Below are positions 48,389 to 58,803 of a stretch of DNA of 64,000 nucleotides, in pieces. The DNA is taken from assembly GCA_029856145.1 (NCBI GenBank), contig JAHQWK010000012.1, forward strand, positions 1-64,000, in the 5' to 3' direction. Both the position numbers and the translations under genes were made by a program. A model generated the notes under the pieces. It made no database searches, had not been told where the DNA came from, and saw only the letters and a list, made by a program, of their open reading frames with translations. The stretch's first letter is position 1. Each line of letters opens with the position of its first letter. Source of the DNA: Promethearchaeia archaeon (GTDB taxonomy: Archaea > Asgardarchaeota > Lokiarchaeia > Sigyniarchaeales > SOKP01).

Positions 48389-49315
48389 ATGAATGAACAG
48401 TATCGTACTTTTTTGAAAAATAACAAAATCGATGAAAATTCAATCCCTCAAACTAAATGTTGTAAAAATCCATTTATCGAATCTAGGGATGGCAATAAAG
48501 TTTGTTTAAATTGTGGGGTAATCTTTGAGAGAACCTACGTTGGAAATGAACGAAGAGCCTACACAATTGAAGAAATACAGAGCCGTCGCAGAACAGAACC
48601 GCGCTGGAGGGATTTTGGACCCAGAACTATGCTCCCGACGACTAAAACAGATAGTAAAGGCAAAAGTATTGGCGCTAAGGAGCAAGCTCTTTTCTCTCGT
48701 CTCTCGAAAATTCAGAATTCGCTAATTTCAAGTATTGAAAGAAACTTTTGGGAAGCAAAGCCAAAATTAAAAATGTTAACATCGAAACTCAATGTACCCG
48801 AATATATAGCAGAAACAGCTTGGAAGATATATAGCTTGGTTGCAAAAAAGAAATTAACAATGGGGAGATCAATAAATGGATTTATTTCAGGATCGCTATA
48901 TGCTGCTATTCGCGTTCATGACTTTCCACGGCTTTTAGATGAAATATGTGAAGCATCATTAACTCCAAGGAGGACAGTTCATAGAAGTCTAGCGATGATT
49001 ATTCGTGAGGTATTACCTGAGCTTAAATTAAGATATCAACCAATTACTGCTGAATGTTTAGTATTCCGTTTTGGTAATGAATTAGATTTACCGATATCAA
49101 TACAAAAAAACGCAATAAATATGTTAAAAGATGCATCAAGAAATGGTTTAAAACGAACTGGGAAAGATCCAAAGGGTTTAGCTGCTGCTTGCATATATAT
49201 CGCAGCTAAGAATGGTTTAATCCGTAAAACACAATCACTCGTAGCTAACGTAGCAAAGATCACAGAGGTTACATTGCGATCTCGTGCTAAACAAATAAAG
49301 AGTAAATTATCTTAA
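48389..49315 (+). CDS. tfb: Transcription initiation factor IIB
   Basis: Zn ribbon CC..CLNCG, E.RAY B-reader, ERN, GRS, GKDPKGLAAACIY, TQ..VA..A..TEVTLR. Confidence 0.95.
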   Translation: MNEQYRTFLKNNKIDENSIPQTKCCKNPFIESRDGNKVCLNCGVIFERTYVGNERRAYTIEEIQSRRRTEPRWRDFGPRTMLPTTKTDSKGKSIGAKEQALFSRLSKIQNSLISSIERNFWEAKPKLKMLTSKLNVPEYIAETAWKIYSLVAKKKLTMGRSINGFISGSLYAAIRVHDFPRLLDEICEASLTPRRTVHRSLAMIIREVLPELKLRYQPITAECLVFRFGNELDLPISIQKNAINMLKDASRNGLKRTGKDPKGLAAACIYIAAKNGLIRKTQSLVANVAKITEVTLRSRAKQIKSKLS

Positions 49316-49338
49316 ATTTTTTTTGTTATTTTGATTAT

Positions 49339-49908
49339 TTAATCATGTTTTTCAGCTTCTTCTTGTAAGAGAGACCATTTTATACCAACTGCAGTTATGC
49401 ATAATCCAAGAAGTAACAAAAAGCAATTCACTGAAATAAAGAAAACCCAAAATATCGCGGGCATAATTGAGGTGATAGAAATACTAAAAAGAGCATTTTG
49501 AAACGAAATAGTCGTAAACGTTGTGCTGATATTAGTTTTCCCTAATAACACTAAGAAGTCCATTTTAACAAAAGCTCCTAATAAACCTACCATCCCGATG
49601 ATAATAATAAGCTTTGTTAATGGCTTGCTTTCAATATTTTTTTTTGAAGAGACTTTAAATATGAAAATCCCCAGAATTAAAAAACAAAACATTGAGATAA
49701 TTACAAATAACCATAATAATGTCCCTGAAAATGGAAAGATCGTGGAAGAGTAAACAAATTCCGATAATAAGATGGTATTTCCATCCAGAATAAAGGGCGT
49801 AAAATTTAATAATACTATATAAGCTACCTCGATTAAAGAAATTATTATTAATATTGAACCAACGATTTCAAGAAATTTAAGAACTTTTTCATATTTCATA
49901 TTTAACAC
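49339..49908 (-). CDS. Four-TM membrane protein
   Basis: Four long hydrophobic segments. Confidence 0.65.
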   Translation of the reverse strand: MLNMKYEKVLKFLEIVGSILIIISLIEVAYIVLLNFTPFILDGNTILLSEFVYSSTIFPFSGTLLWLFVIISMFCFLILGIFIFKVSSKKNIESKPLTKLIIIIGMVGLLGAFVKMDFLVLLGKTNISTTFTTISFQNALFSISITSIMPAIFWVFFISVNCFLLLLGLCITAVGIKWSLLQEEAEKHD

Positions 49909-50049
49909 ATTTAAATCTTTTAAAAAAGCAAGAAAATTTTTTATGTAATTATACTTATTATTGTTTTTGAAATTAATAAAAATTTTTAATATTATTGTTT
50001 TTTAATCAAATCTATTTAATTATAATTAATCTTTCATAAATGTTTTATA

Positions 50050-51015
50050 TTGAAAAAGAAAAAAAAATCTGATTCGGAAATCTCAAATTGTTCTCATAAA
50101 AATATGAAACAAGACAGTGGATTTATTGTTTGCCAAGATTGTGGACTGATTATGGAAGATAATGTAGCTTTTGAAGATACCGTATCAACCAGTGATTTTT
50201 TTACAGATTCCCAGAGAGATTACGAAAGAAGAATCAGAGTAAGTGATTCAAAAGCACTCCAAGATCCTGTCATTAAAGAGAAATATGACCGAATTAAAAC
50301 TCTTGAAAAATGGTTCAGAGACTATGAATCTGATTTTACTGAACAAAAAAAAACAATTGAATTACTAAAAAGCCATGGAATTGGATTAAACATTGATAAC
50401 GTTAAAAATAAGGAAATTAAGGATCGATATTTGAAGTATAATAAATATCACCGCCATAATTATCAAAATATGGTGATAATTTTTCTAGCAATTGTATGGA
50501 TGCAAATAAAGGACACTACAAATATTAGGATTGAGCAATTCATTAATGTTTCTAGGGAATTAGGTCATAAAATAAATAAAAAGATGTTAAATAATGCTAT
50601 GTTAAAAATCAAACGAACTGAAAAGATATTTAAAGAGAAGAAGAGTACTAAAGAACTAGAGAATGAGATTAAAAATAAAATCAAAATTGTCTTTCAGAAA
50701 GACTTAAATCATATTCCGTACGAGAAAGTCCAAGAGTTTTTTTTCAATAAAGGTGAATATGAAAAAACTAAAATCGATATGCAGTTATTAGCTGACAAAA
50801 TATTGAATAAAATCTCTTATCGCCAGATTCAGAGTCTTAATTACAAAGCTTTTACTGCTGGATTAATTTATTATATAGGGCAAACTCTTGAAAACAGAAA
50901 AATTTTCACTCAAAGTCTAGTAGAAAGTACTAGTAAATTTTCAAGTACGACAATTCGGAAAAGATATCACGTTCTAAAAGATCTCTTAGGAGATCCTCAA
51001 GCACTTAACATCTGA
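50050..51015 (+). CDS. Divergent TFB-like protein
   Basis: CSH..VCQDCGL Zn ribbon; C-terminal AFTAGLIYY...FTQS.V....S.TTIRKRY cyclin/HTH motif. Confidence 0.75.
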   Translation: MKKKKKSDSEISNCSHKNMKQDSGFIVCQDCGLIMEDNVAFEDTVSTSDFFTDSQRDYERRIRVSDSKALQDPVIKEKYDRIKTLEKWFRDYESDFTEQKKTIELLKSHGIGLNIDNVKNKEIKDRYLKYNKYHRHNYQNMVIIFLAIVWMQIKDTTNIRIEQFINVSRELGHKINKKMLNNAMLKIKRTEKIFKEKKSTKELENEIKNKIKIVFQKDLNHIPYEKVQEFFFNKGEYEKTKIDMQLLADKILNKISYRQIQSLNYKAFTAGLIYYIGQTLENRKIFTQSLVESTSKFSSTTIRKRYHVLKDLLGDPQALNI

Positions 51016-51099
51016 TTTGAATAACAATTTCTTAAGCCTAAATCCTTAATAACCTTACAAACAATATTAAATAATATTTATATTAGAATCACAGTTTAA

Positions 51100-53979
51100 A
51101 TGATTAAGATGTCATTATCTGAGAAACAAAATGAAGTCTATTATTATAATCAACCAATTGAGGATTTAGTAAAAAATTTTAATACTAATATTGAGAAAGG
51201 ATTAAATTCCTCCGAATTACATGAAAGATATCAAAAATCAGGGTATAACGAATTACCAAAAATTAAAAAATCTATTTGGAAAATTTATCTTGCTCCAATC
51301 TTCAATTTTTTAATTGTTATTCTCATTATTGCTGGGATTATAATTGTAATATTAGGGTCTCCAAGTGAAACAATAATAACTTTCACAGTAGTGATAATTA
51401 ACTCAATTACAGCTATAGTTCAACAATTTCGTGCACAAAAAGCTCTAGAATCCTTAAGAGAAATCTCTGCCTTAAAAGCAACCGTTTTAAGAGACGGAAA
51501 GCAGATCGAAATTAGAACAAAAGAATTGGTTCCAGGAGATATCGTAATGTTAAGCCAAGGAGATAAAATACCAGCAGATAGTAGAATAATTGAATTTATG
51601 GATTTTAGTGTTGATGAAGCTCCTCTCACAGGAGAGAGCGAACCTGTAGAGAAAAATAGTTATATTATAGAGAAAAAAGATATACACCTCCAAAATCAAT
51701 CAAATATGATATTTATGGGAACATATGTACGAACAGGAAGGGCTAAAGGATTAATTACAGGAACAGGCGTAAAAACGGAAATTGGAAAAATTTCGCAGAC
51801 ATTAAATGAAATGGGAAGTATTGAAGATATTCCATTAACCAGAAAGTTAAATCGTTTAGGGTATATTCTCGGAACGATTGTGATAATAAATCTTATTATA
51901 TTATTAACTTCTAAACTAATGATTCTAGGTATTGAAGGGAATTTGATCCAAAATGAAATAATTGAAGCAATTACAGATTCAATAATTAGGTCAATGAATA
52001 TAGTACCCATAAATTTACCTTTACTTTCAACTCTAGTTCTTATTACAGGCGTTTTAATCATGGCTCAAAGTGGAGTAATTATTAAAAATTTGTCCGCTAT
52101 CGAATCTCTTGGACGAGTATCGGTTATTTGTTCTGATAAAACAGGAACTATCACCAAAAATGAAATGACAGTGGAAAAGTTCTGGATAAATGATCAAGAA
52201 TATGAAGTTTCAGGATCTGGATATGATGCTACTGATGGTTTAATCTTTCAGAACCACAAACCAATTAATTTAACTGAAAACGAGACATTCATGAAGTTTC
52301 TTAACTCTATAGTAATAAATAATAATGCTCGTTTAGAATTTGAAGATATTAAAGTTAGATTAAAGAATATTAAAGAAAAGGCGGTAAGAAGGGCGCTAGG
52401 GTCCCCCACAGAAGCGGCATTATTAGTATTAACTGAGAAAGCTGGTTTACATCCTTATGATATTAAAAATAATTATATAATTACTAAAGAATTTTCATTT
52501 AGTTCTGAAGATAAAAGAATGACAACTATATGTAAGCCTTTGGGAGATAAGGATGAAATTTTTGCCTTTTCAAAAGGCGCACCTGAAAGAGTGTTAGAAG
52601 TATCTTCACAAATTGAAATTAACGGAATTTTGAAGGATCTTAACCAGATATATAAAGACTCAATTCTAGATAAAATCGATGAGCGAGCAAATCAAGGCTT
52701 TAGAACTTTAGCAATTGCATATAAAAAATTAAATAAGATTGATGATCTAAAAAGAGAAGAAGTTGAAAATAATTTAGTTTTCTTAGGTTTTGTTTCTATT
52801 ATGGATCCTCCACGACCAGGAGTTAAAAAATCTGTTGAAGAGTGCCAAAATGGAGGTGTAAAAGTAATAATGGTCACAGGAGACCATCCAGCAACAGCAA
52901 AAACTATTGCATCACAGATGGGGATTTTTAGAGAAGGAGATTTGGTCGCAACAGGCAATCAAATAGAAAATATTCCTCTCTCAGAATTCAATAAAACATC
53001 AGTATTTGCTCGAGTTGAACCTAATGATAAACAAGTAATAGTAGAGACTTATCAAAAACAAAAATTAATATGTGCTATGACAGGGGATGGCATCAATGAT
53101 GCTCCTGCTTTAAAACTAGCAAATGCAGGAGTTGCGATGGGGATTACTGGTACCGATCTTGCTAAAGAAGCCTCTGATATGGTAATTACAGATGATAATT
53201 TTTCTTCAATCAAACAAGGTGTTAAAACAGGAAGAGGAATCTTTGCTAAAATCAGGACAATTATTTTTTTCTTTATTTGCACTAATATTGTAGAAGGGAT
53301 AATATTTTTTACTTTCGAGCTTATAGCACCTTTCATAGGATTCGAACTTTTTGCATCAAACTGGCAACATATTTATATCTTTGGTATAGTCCATTCTCTT
53401 CCAGCTTTAGCTTTAGTAATTGATACACGTCCGAAGGATATAATGATTGAACCACCTAGAGACGAAGAAGAATTATTAAATAAGAATATGTGGATTATGC
53501 TATTAATTCAAGCTTTTCTAATTGGTTTAGGATTAATTCTTTCTTTGCAACTGACTTTAAATGGATTTATTCCATTAAATGAATGGAATTTAAACCCAAA
53601 TATTAGTTATATCGTCTCAGGACAAGAATTGGCTCAAAAAGCAAGAACAATGTTTATTACTACAATATTCATTGTTGAAACCAATTTCATATGGACCTTT
53701 AGAAGACCAAATAAATCTCTTTATAGAAGTATCAAAGAAGAATTAAGCCTTTCTTTATTGGTTATATGTTTATTTACGTTAGCCATACATATATTGTACA
53801 TTTGTTTTTCCCATATCGTTAATTTTTATGTGAATGATGTATTTGGGTTGAATCTACAGATAAATTTCATGTTTCTTAGTGGTACAGATTGGTTATTTTG
53901 TATTTTGCTAGCATTACCAGGAATAGTTGGTATTGAAATTTTTAAATACTTTGCTCGAGGTAGAAATATTCATTTTTAA
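51100..53979 (+). CDS. P-type ATPase (P2A-like scaffold, atypical TM4), copy 1
   Basis: LTGES, CSDKTGT, KGAPE, DPPR, TGD, GDGINDAPAL; TM4 VPINLP. Confidence 0.95.
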   Translation: MIKMSLSEKQNEVYYYNQPIEDLVKNFNTNIEKGLNSSELHERYQKSGYNELPKIKKSIWKIYLAPIFNFLIVILIIAGIIIVILGSPSETIITFTVVIINSITAIVQQFRAQKALESLREISALKATVLRDGKQIEIRTKELVPGDIVMLSQGDKIPADSRIIEFMDFSVDEAPLTGESEPVEKNSYIIEKKDIHLQNQSNMIFMGTYVRTGRAKGLITGTGVKTEIGKISQTLNEMGSIEDIPLTRKLNRLGYILGTIVIINLIILLTSKLMILGIEGNLIQNEIIEAITDSIIRSMNIVPINLPLLSTLVLITGVLIMAQSGVIIKNLSAIESLGRVSVICSDKTGTITKNEMTVEKFWINDQEYEVSGSGYDATDGLIFQNHKPINLTENETFMKFLNSIVINNNARLEFEDIKVRLKNIKEKAVRRALGSPTEAALLVLTEKAGLHPYDIKNNYIITKEFSFSSEDKRMTTICKPLGDKDEIFAFSKGAPERVLEVSSQIEINGILKDLNQIYKDSILDKIDERANQGFRTLAIAYKKLNKIDDLKREEVENNLVFLGFVSIMDPPRPGVKKSVEECQNGGVKVIMVTGDHPATAKTIASQMGIFREGDLVATGNQIENIPLSEFNKTSVFARVEPNDKQVIVETYQKQKLICAMTGDGINDAPALKLANAGVAMGITGTDLAKEASDMVITDDNFSSIKQGVKTGRGIFAKIRTIIFFFICTNIVEGIIFFTFELIAPFIGFELFASNWQHIYIFGIVHSLPALALVIDTRPKDIMIEPPRDEEELLNKNMWIMLLIQAFLIGLGLILSLQLTLNGFIPLNEWNLNPNISYIVSGQELAQKARTMFITTIFIVETNFIWTFRRPNKSLYRSIKEELSLSLLVICLFTLAIHILYICFSHIVNFYVNDVFGLNLQINFMFLSGTDWLFCILLALPGIVGIEIFKYFARGRNIHF

Positions 53980-54102
53980 ATTTCTCTTAGATAGAAATAT
54001 TTAATTTTTTAAATCATGATTATTATAGGTTATTTATTATATTGATAAGAATTTTGAATTCACTTATCATTAATTATTCTTAAAAATTGTGGAAGAACCA
54101 CT

Positions 54103-56991
54103 ATGGAATCTACAGAAAAGAATTACTATAATCTTCAATTAGAGCAAATTTATGAAAAATTTCAAGCTAACCCTGATAAAGGTTTAACTGAAAAAGAAGC
54201 TAATAAGAGATTAGAAAAATATGGTTTTAATGAAATCCCCAAAGTATCAAAAGGTTTTATTAAAATCTATTTAGCGCCACTGTTCAACTGGTTAATAGTT
54301 ATTTATCTAATTGGATCTTTGATTTTATTTTTAGCAGCGATCTTTGGAGGAGAAGGAAATCTATTCTTTGTTGGCTTAACTTTAGGAGTTGTATTACTGA
54401 ATTGTATAGTTGCAATTATTCAACAATATAGAGCAACAAAAAAGTTAAAGGCTTTACGTGAGTTAACTGCTCCTACTTCAACTATAATTAGAGATGACCA
54501 AAAGAAAGAAATTCCGACTAAAGAAATAGTTGTAGGAGATTTATTAGAACTAAATCAAGGTGATAAAATACCAGCAGATGCTAGAATTATTGAATCGTAT
54601 AACATGGTGGTAAATGAAGCCTCATTAACTGGAGAATCTGAGCCTGTAAGAAAATCAGAATCGGGAAAACCATTACATAAAAAAGAGATTTCAATAGGAG
54701 AACGCAGTAATATGGTATTTTATGGTACTTACATTAGTACAGGAAATGGTAAATCAATTGTTGTAAAAACTGGGGGAGATACTGAAATTGGTAAAATTTC
54801 TCATGGGTTAGAAGAAGCTGGTACAAGCGAGATTCCAATACGACAGAAAATGAACCATTTTGGAAAATGGCTGGGTTTAATAATTTTTATCTTTTGGTTT
54901 ATTACATTGATAATTCTTTGGGTAGCAAGAGGGTATGTTGATATAGTAGGAAGTATGAATTCTGCTCTCGATTTGATGCCCCTTAATATTCCGCTGCTTT
55001 CAACTATTGTTTTGATAACAGGAGTCTTAGCTATGGCACATCATGGTGTTATTATAAGAAACCTCGCTTCAGTTGATAGTTTAGGCCGTGTAAGTGTAGT
55101 TTGTTCGGATAAAACTGGCACTTTAACTAAAAACCAGATGTCTATACAGCATATTTGGACAAATGGGTCAATATTTAGAGCTACTGGTAGTGGGTATGCT
55201 CCAGATGGAGATATTATTTTAATGGATGATGTAAAAAATCCTCTTTATGTTAAACACATGGATGAATACCCTTATCTGAAATTATTGTTAACAGCAGGCT
55301 TTTTAAATAACAATTCAGCATTGATTAAAAATGAAATTGAAATTTCGGGTAGAATAATTCCCAAATGGGATGTCGTTGGTTCTCCTACAGAAGGAGCACT
55401 AATGGTTTTATTTCAGAAAGGTATGGGTGATTATCTTCTCGATGATTTTGAAGCGATTACTGAATATCCTTTCGATTCTTCAGTAAAGAGAATGACTAAA
55501 CTTTATAAACGAGAACAGTCATATTATTCATTTACAAAAGGAGCAAGTGAAGTTCTAATCCCACTTTGTACAAAGATCTTATATAATGATAGTGAGATCG
55601 AATTCAATGAACAAATTAAAAACAAAGTAATGGAAATTGTAAATCTTTATGCAAATCAAGGTTATAGAATATTAAGTCTGTGCTATAAAGTAATGGATAT
55701 AATTCCACCTGAAGGAGATGAAGGAAGAAAAGTAAGTGAATCAAATATGGTTTACATTGGTTTTGTAACAATTCTGGATCCTCCAAGAGAAGGAGTTAAA
55801 GAATCTGTAAATCAATGTCATGAAGCGGGTGTGGATGTTATAATGATCACAGGAGACTCTCCTGCTACTGCGCGCGCGATTGCTTCACAAATTGCTATTG
55901 CAACAGATGAGAATAAAACTGCTGTAGAAGGTAAAATGGTTAAGGATATTGAGTCATATGAAGAATTCAATCCAATTAGAGTATTTGCAAGAGTTTCTCC
56001 TGAACATAAAGAGGATATTGTTGAAAAATATCAAGAACAAAAAAAAGTAGTCGCGATGACTGGAGATGGTGTAAATGATGCTTTGGCACTAAATATGGCT
56101 GATGTAGGAATCGCAATGGGTATTACGGGAACGGATGTAGCTAAAGAAGCTTCCGATATGGTCATTTCAGATGATTCTTTTAATTCAATTGTTACAGGAA
56201 TCCATCAAGGAAGAGGAATATTCGCAAGAATTCGTGCTGTTGTCTTCTTTTATATTTGTATTAACATTTTTGAGGGAATAGTACAATTTATTTTATTTGT
56301 AATTTTGGAATTGCCATATTTCTTAAATGAAGCCTTTTATTTCCAATGGATATTTCTCACCATAACAGTTCATACATTTCCAGGATTAATCCTTACTTTT
56401 GATACTATTTCTAAAGATGTTATGAAAGAAAAACCACGGGATTCTGAAGAGATTCTTTCAAAAAATACATTTGGATTATTATTTATATTTGGTATTCTAC
56501 TTGCAATAAGTATGGTTATTGTTTATTCTATAACTATGAGCGGAATATATCCAGTTGTTCCTGGAAATTATCCCCAAGATTATCTTTATTTCATTAAAGA
56601 CCCTGAATTAATACCCCCCGATATTTTTGGGTTACCAATAGAAGAAATTAGAAAAATCGGAAAAACATTAACCATGCTGATGGTAACGTTATTTTTCTGT
56701 GAGACTTTTCTTGTAATTCAGATTAGACGGCCGAATAAATCCTTAATTAAGAGTCTAATTGAAGATCGAAATAAATTTATGTTTTTTCTAATTGGCTTTT
56801 TATTTTTTGTGTTGATCGCTTTAATATATATTCCCGGTGTTCAAGTTACATTAGCATCATGGGGTATTAATTTTATGTTCATGTTTTTGACAGGTTTAGA
56901 TTGGTTAGTGTGCTTCTCAATTTCATTAATCTGTATTGTTTCCTTTGAGATTGTCAAATTTGGCGCCCGTAAAATGGATATAAAGTTCTAA
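54103..56991 (+). CDS. P-type ATPase (P2A-like scaffold, atypical TM4), copy 2
   Basis: LTGES, CSDKTGT, KGASE, DPPR, TGD, GDGVNDA; TM4 MPLNIP. Confidence 0.95.
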   Translation: MESTEKNYYNLQLEQIYEKFQANPDKGLTEKEANKRLEKYGFNEIPKVSKGFIKIYLAPLFNWLIVIYLIGSLILFLAAIFGGEGNLFFVGLTLGVVLLNCIVAIIQQYRATKKLKALRELTAPTSTIIRDDQKKEIPTKEIVVGDLLELNQGDKIPADARIIESYNMVVNEASLTGESEPVRKSESGKPLHKKEISIGERSNMVFYGTYISTGNGKSIVVKTGGDTEIGKISHGLEEAGTSEIPIRQKMNHFGKWLGLIIFIFWFITLIILWVARGYVDIVGSMNSALDLMPLNIPLLSTIVLITGVLAMAHHGVIIRNLASVDSLGRVSVVCSDKTGTLTKNQMSIQHIWTNGSIFRATGSGYAPDGDIILMDDVKNPLYVKHMDEYPYLKLLLTAGFLNNNSALIKNEIEISGRIIPKWDVVGSPTEGALMVLFQKGMGDYLLDDFEAITEYPFDSSVKRMTKLYKREQSYYSFTKGASEVLIPLCTKILYNDSEIEFNEQIKNKVMEIVNLYANQGYRILSLCYKVMDIIPPEGDEGRKVSESNMVYIGFVTILDPPREGVKESVNQCHEAGVDVIMITGDSPATARAIASQIAIATDENKTAVEGKMVKDIESYEEFNPIRVFARVSPEHKEDIVEKYQEQKKVVAMTGDGVNDALALNMADVGIAMGITGTDVAKEASDMVISDDSFNSIVTGIHQGRGIFARIRAVVFFYICINIFEGIVQFILFVILELPYFLNEAFYFQWIFLTITVHTFPGLILTFDTISKDVMKEKPRDSEEILSKNTFGLLFIFGILLAISMVIVYSITMSGIYPVVPGNYPQDYLYFIKDPELIPPDIFGLPIEEIRKIGKTLTMLMVTLFFCETFLVIQIRRPNKSLIKSLIEDRNKFMFFLIGFLFFVLIALIYIPGVQVTLASWGINFMFMFLTGLDWLVCFSISLICIVSFEIVKFGARKMDIKF

Positions 56992-57080
56992 AACTCTCAA
57001 TTTTTTCTTTTATTCTTTTAAAAATCTTAAATCTAAATAAAACAATTAATTTTTTATTTTGACATTAATTTCTTTCTTCT

Positions 57081-57626
57081 ATGTTAAGAGGAGAGAGAGT
57101 AAAATTATGTCCTATTAAAAGGGAATATATAGAATTCTTTCTTAAATGGTTTAACGATCCAGAAATTACTCAATATCTTGTACAATATCGTCCAATGACT
57201 CGAATGATGGAAGAAGAATGGATGGAGAATCTTAAAAACCGTAAGGATAATATTCATTTGTCTATTGTAATTCCTCATGATGATGGTTCAGAAAAGCTAA
57301 TTGGAAATTGCGGACTACATAATATTGACTGGAAAAATAGAGTGGCTGAAGCTGGAATAGTTATTGGAGAAAAAGAATATCAAAGTAAAGGATTTGGAAC
57401 TGAGGCGATGGAATTATTATTAGATTATGGTTTTAAAACTGTGAATTTAAACAGAATCGAATTATATACATATGCTTTTAATGTTCGAGCTTTAAAATCT
57501 TATAAAAAAGTTGGATTTATAGAAGAAGGAAGAAAAAGACAATTTATCTGGTCTAATGGAAGATATCATGATGCAATAATGATGGGGATTTTAGCAGAAG
57601 AATGGAGTGAGAGAAAAAAAAAATAG
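57081..57626 (+). CDS. RimJ/RimL/SpeG-type GNAT acetyltransferase
   Basis: L.GERV.L, IDWKNR.AE.GI.IG, KGFGTEA, N.RA..SYKKVGF..EG. Confidence 0.9.
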   Translation: MLRGERVKLCPIKREYIEFFLKWFNDPEITQYLVQYRPMTRMMEEEWMENLKNRKDNIHLSIVIPHDDGSEKLIGNCGLHNIDWKNRVAEAGIVIGEKEYQSKGFGTEAMELLLDYGFKTVNLNRIELYTYAFNVRALKSYKKVGFIEEGRKRQFIWSNGRYHDAIMMGILAEEWSERKKK

Positions 57627-57636
57627 GTAAAAATGG

Positions 57637-58719
57637 TTATCTTTCCAATTCTTTAAAGTAGGGGATAATTTCATCCCGAAAGATTTCATAAACCCGATTA
57701 ACGTCAGGACCTCGGTTCATAAGAATCATTGAAGTCGCGCCTGCTTCTTTAAATTTTTCTATACTTGAAATAACATCATCTGTAGAACCTAAACAGTTAG
57801 TATCTTGAAGGATTGTTTCAGGAAGGTTATCTACACATGATAATTGCTCATTAATATCCTTTACTTGCATGTCAAAATTATGAATTGTATAATCCGTTGG
57901 AAGACATAAATCGGGGTATATTTGATTAGTTTTTGTTGGATTCAGAACATATGAAACTCTAAAGAATTCACAGCGTTTAACAGCATTTTCCGGAGTTTTA
58001 TTATCTATAGCCACAAAGCAATTATAAGTATAATCAATTTCTTCTGGATTTCGACCTATTTTTTTAGCTGCATCAACAATTTCTTTTTTATTTTCTTTAA
58101 ATGTTTTAGGTGACTCTACAAAGGGATACCATCCATCTCCTAATTCACCAGTCATTTGACGAGTTTTAGGACCGTTTGCTGCAATATATATAGGAGGAGT
58201 ATTTTGAATAGGTTTAACTTGGATATAAGCGCGGCGTATATTACCCCAGAAATCACTTTTTCTACTTACTTTGCGTTTTGTCCAAAAATCTCTTAATAAC
58301 TCAATATATTCTCTTAATTTCGTTATAGATTTATCACGATTCAATCCATACATATCAACATTCATTTTTTCACCTGCACCGAGACCTATCATAGCTCTTC
58401 CATTTGAAATTTGGTCGAGAGTAGCAACTTTTTGAGCCATTAGTGCAGGATGAAACCGATGAGGATCAGAAACACCAGTACATAATTTAGCTTTAGTAGT
58501 GATCATTGCGATTGAGGTGAGAAACATAAAAGCATCAAAACAAGTACCTGGTCCTGGAGGTAGCATTACTGTATGATCTGCATAAAATACATATTCAAAA
58601 CCGCATTGCTCGGCTTTTTTAGCTCCTTCATACATATAATCAAGCCGAGGGGTGGGAACTGGGATTGAAAATCCAAACTTCATAATAATTAAAATTGTTT
58701 GAATCTTAAAAACTTCCAT
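57637..58719 (-). CDS. LLM-class flavin (probably F420)-dependent oxidoreductase
   Basis: ADH, GV.DP.R.HPA..AQ..ATLD.IS.GR...GLGAG, PPIYIAA.GP, GELGDGW. Confidence 0.9.
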   Translation of the reverse strand: MEVFKIQTILIIMKFGFSIPVPTPRLDYMYEGAKKAEQCGFEYVFYADHTVMLPPGPGTCFDAFMFLTSIAMITTKAKLCTGVSDPHRFHPALMAQKVATLDQISNGRAMIGLGAGEKMNVDMYGLNRDKSITKLREYIELLRDFWTKRKVSRKSDFWGNIRRAYIQVKPIQNTPPIYIAANGPKTRQMTGELGDGWYPFVESPKTFKENKKEIVDAAKKIGRNPEEIDYTYNCFVAIDNKTPENAVKRCEFFRVSYVLNPTKTNQIYPDLCLPTDYTIHNFDMQVKDINEQLSCVDNLPETILQDTNCLGSTDDVISSIEKFKEAGATSMILMNRGPDVNRVYEIFRDEIIPYFKELER

Positions 58720-58803
58720 GTTCTCCTTACATTTGGGTTAGATTTTAAACTAAAAGGGCAAGCTATAAATTATTATTAGATAATATATTTTTAGAATCAA
58801 TTT

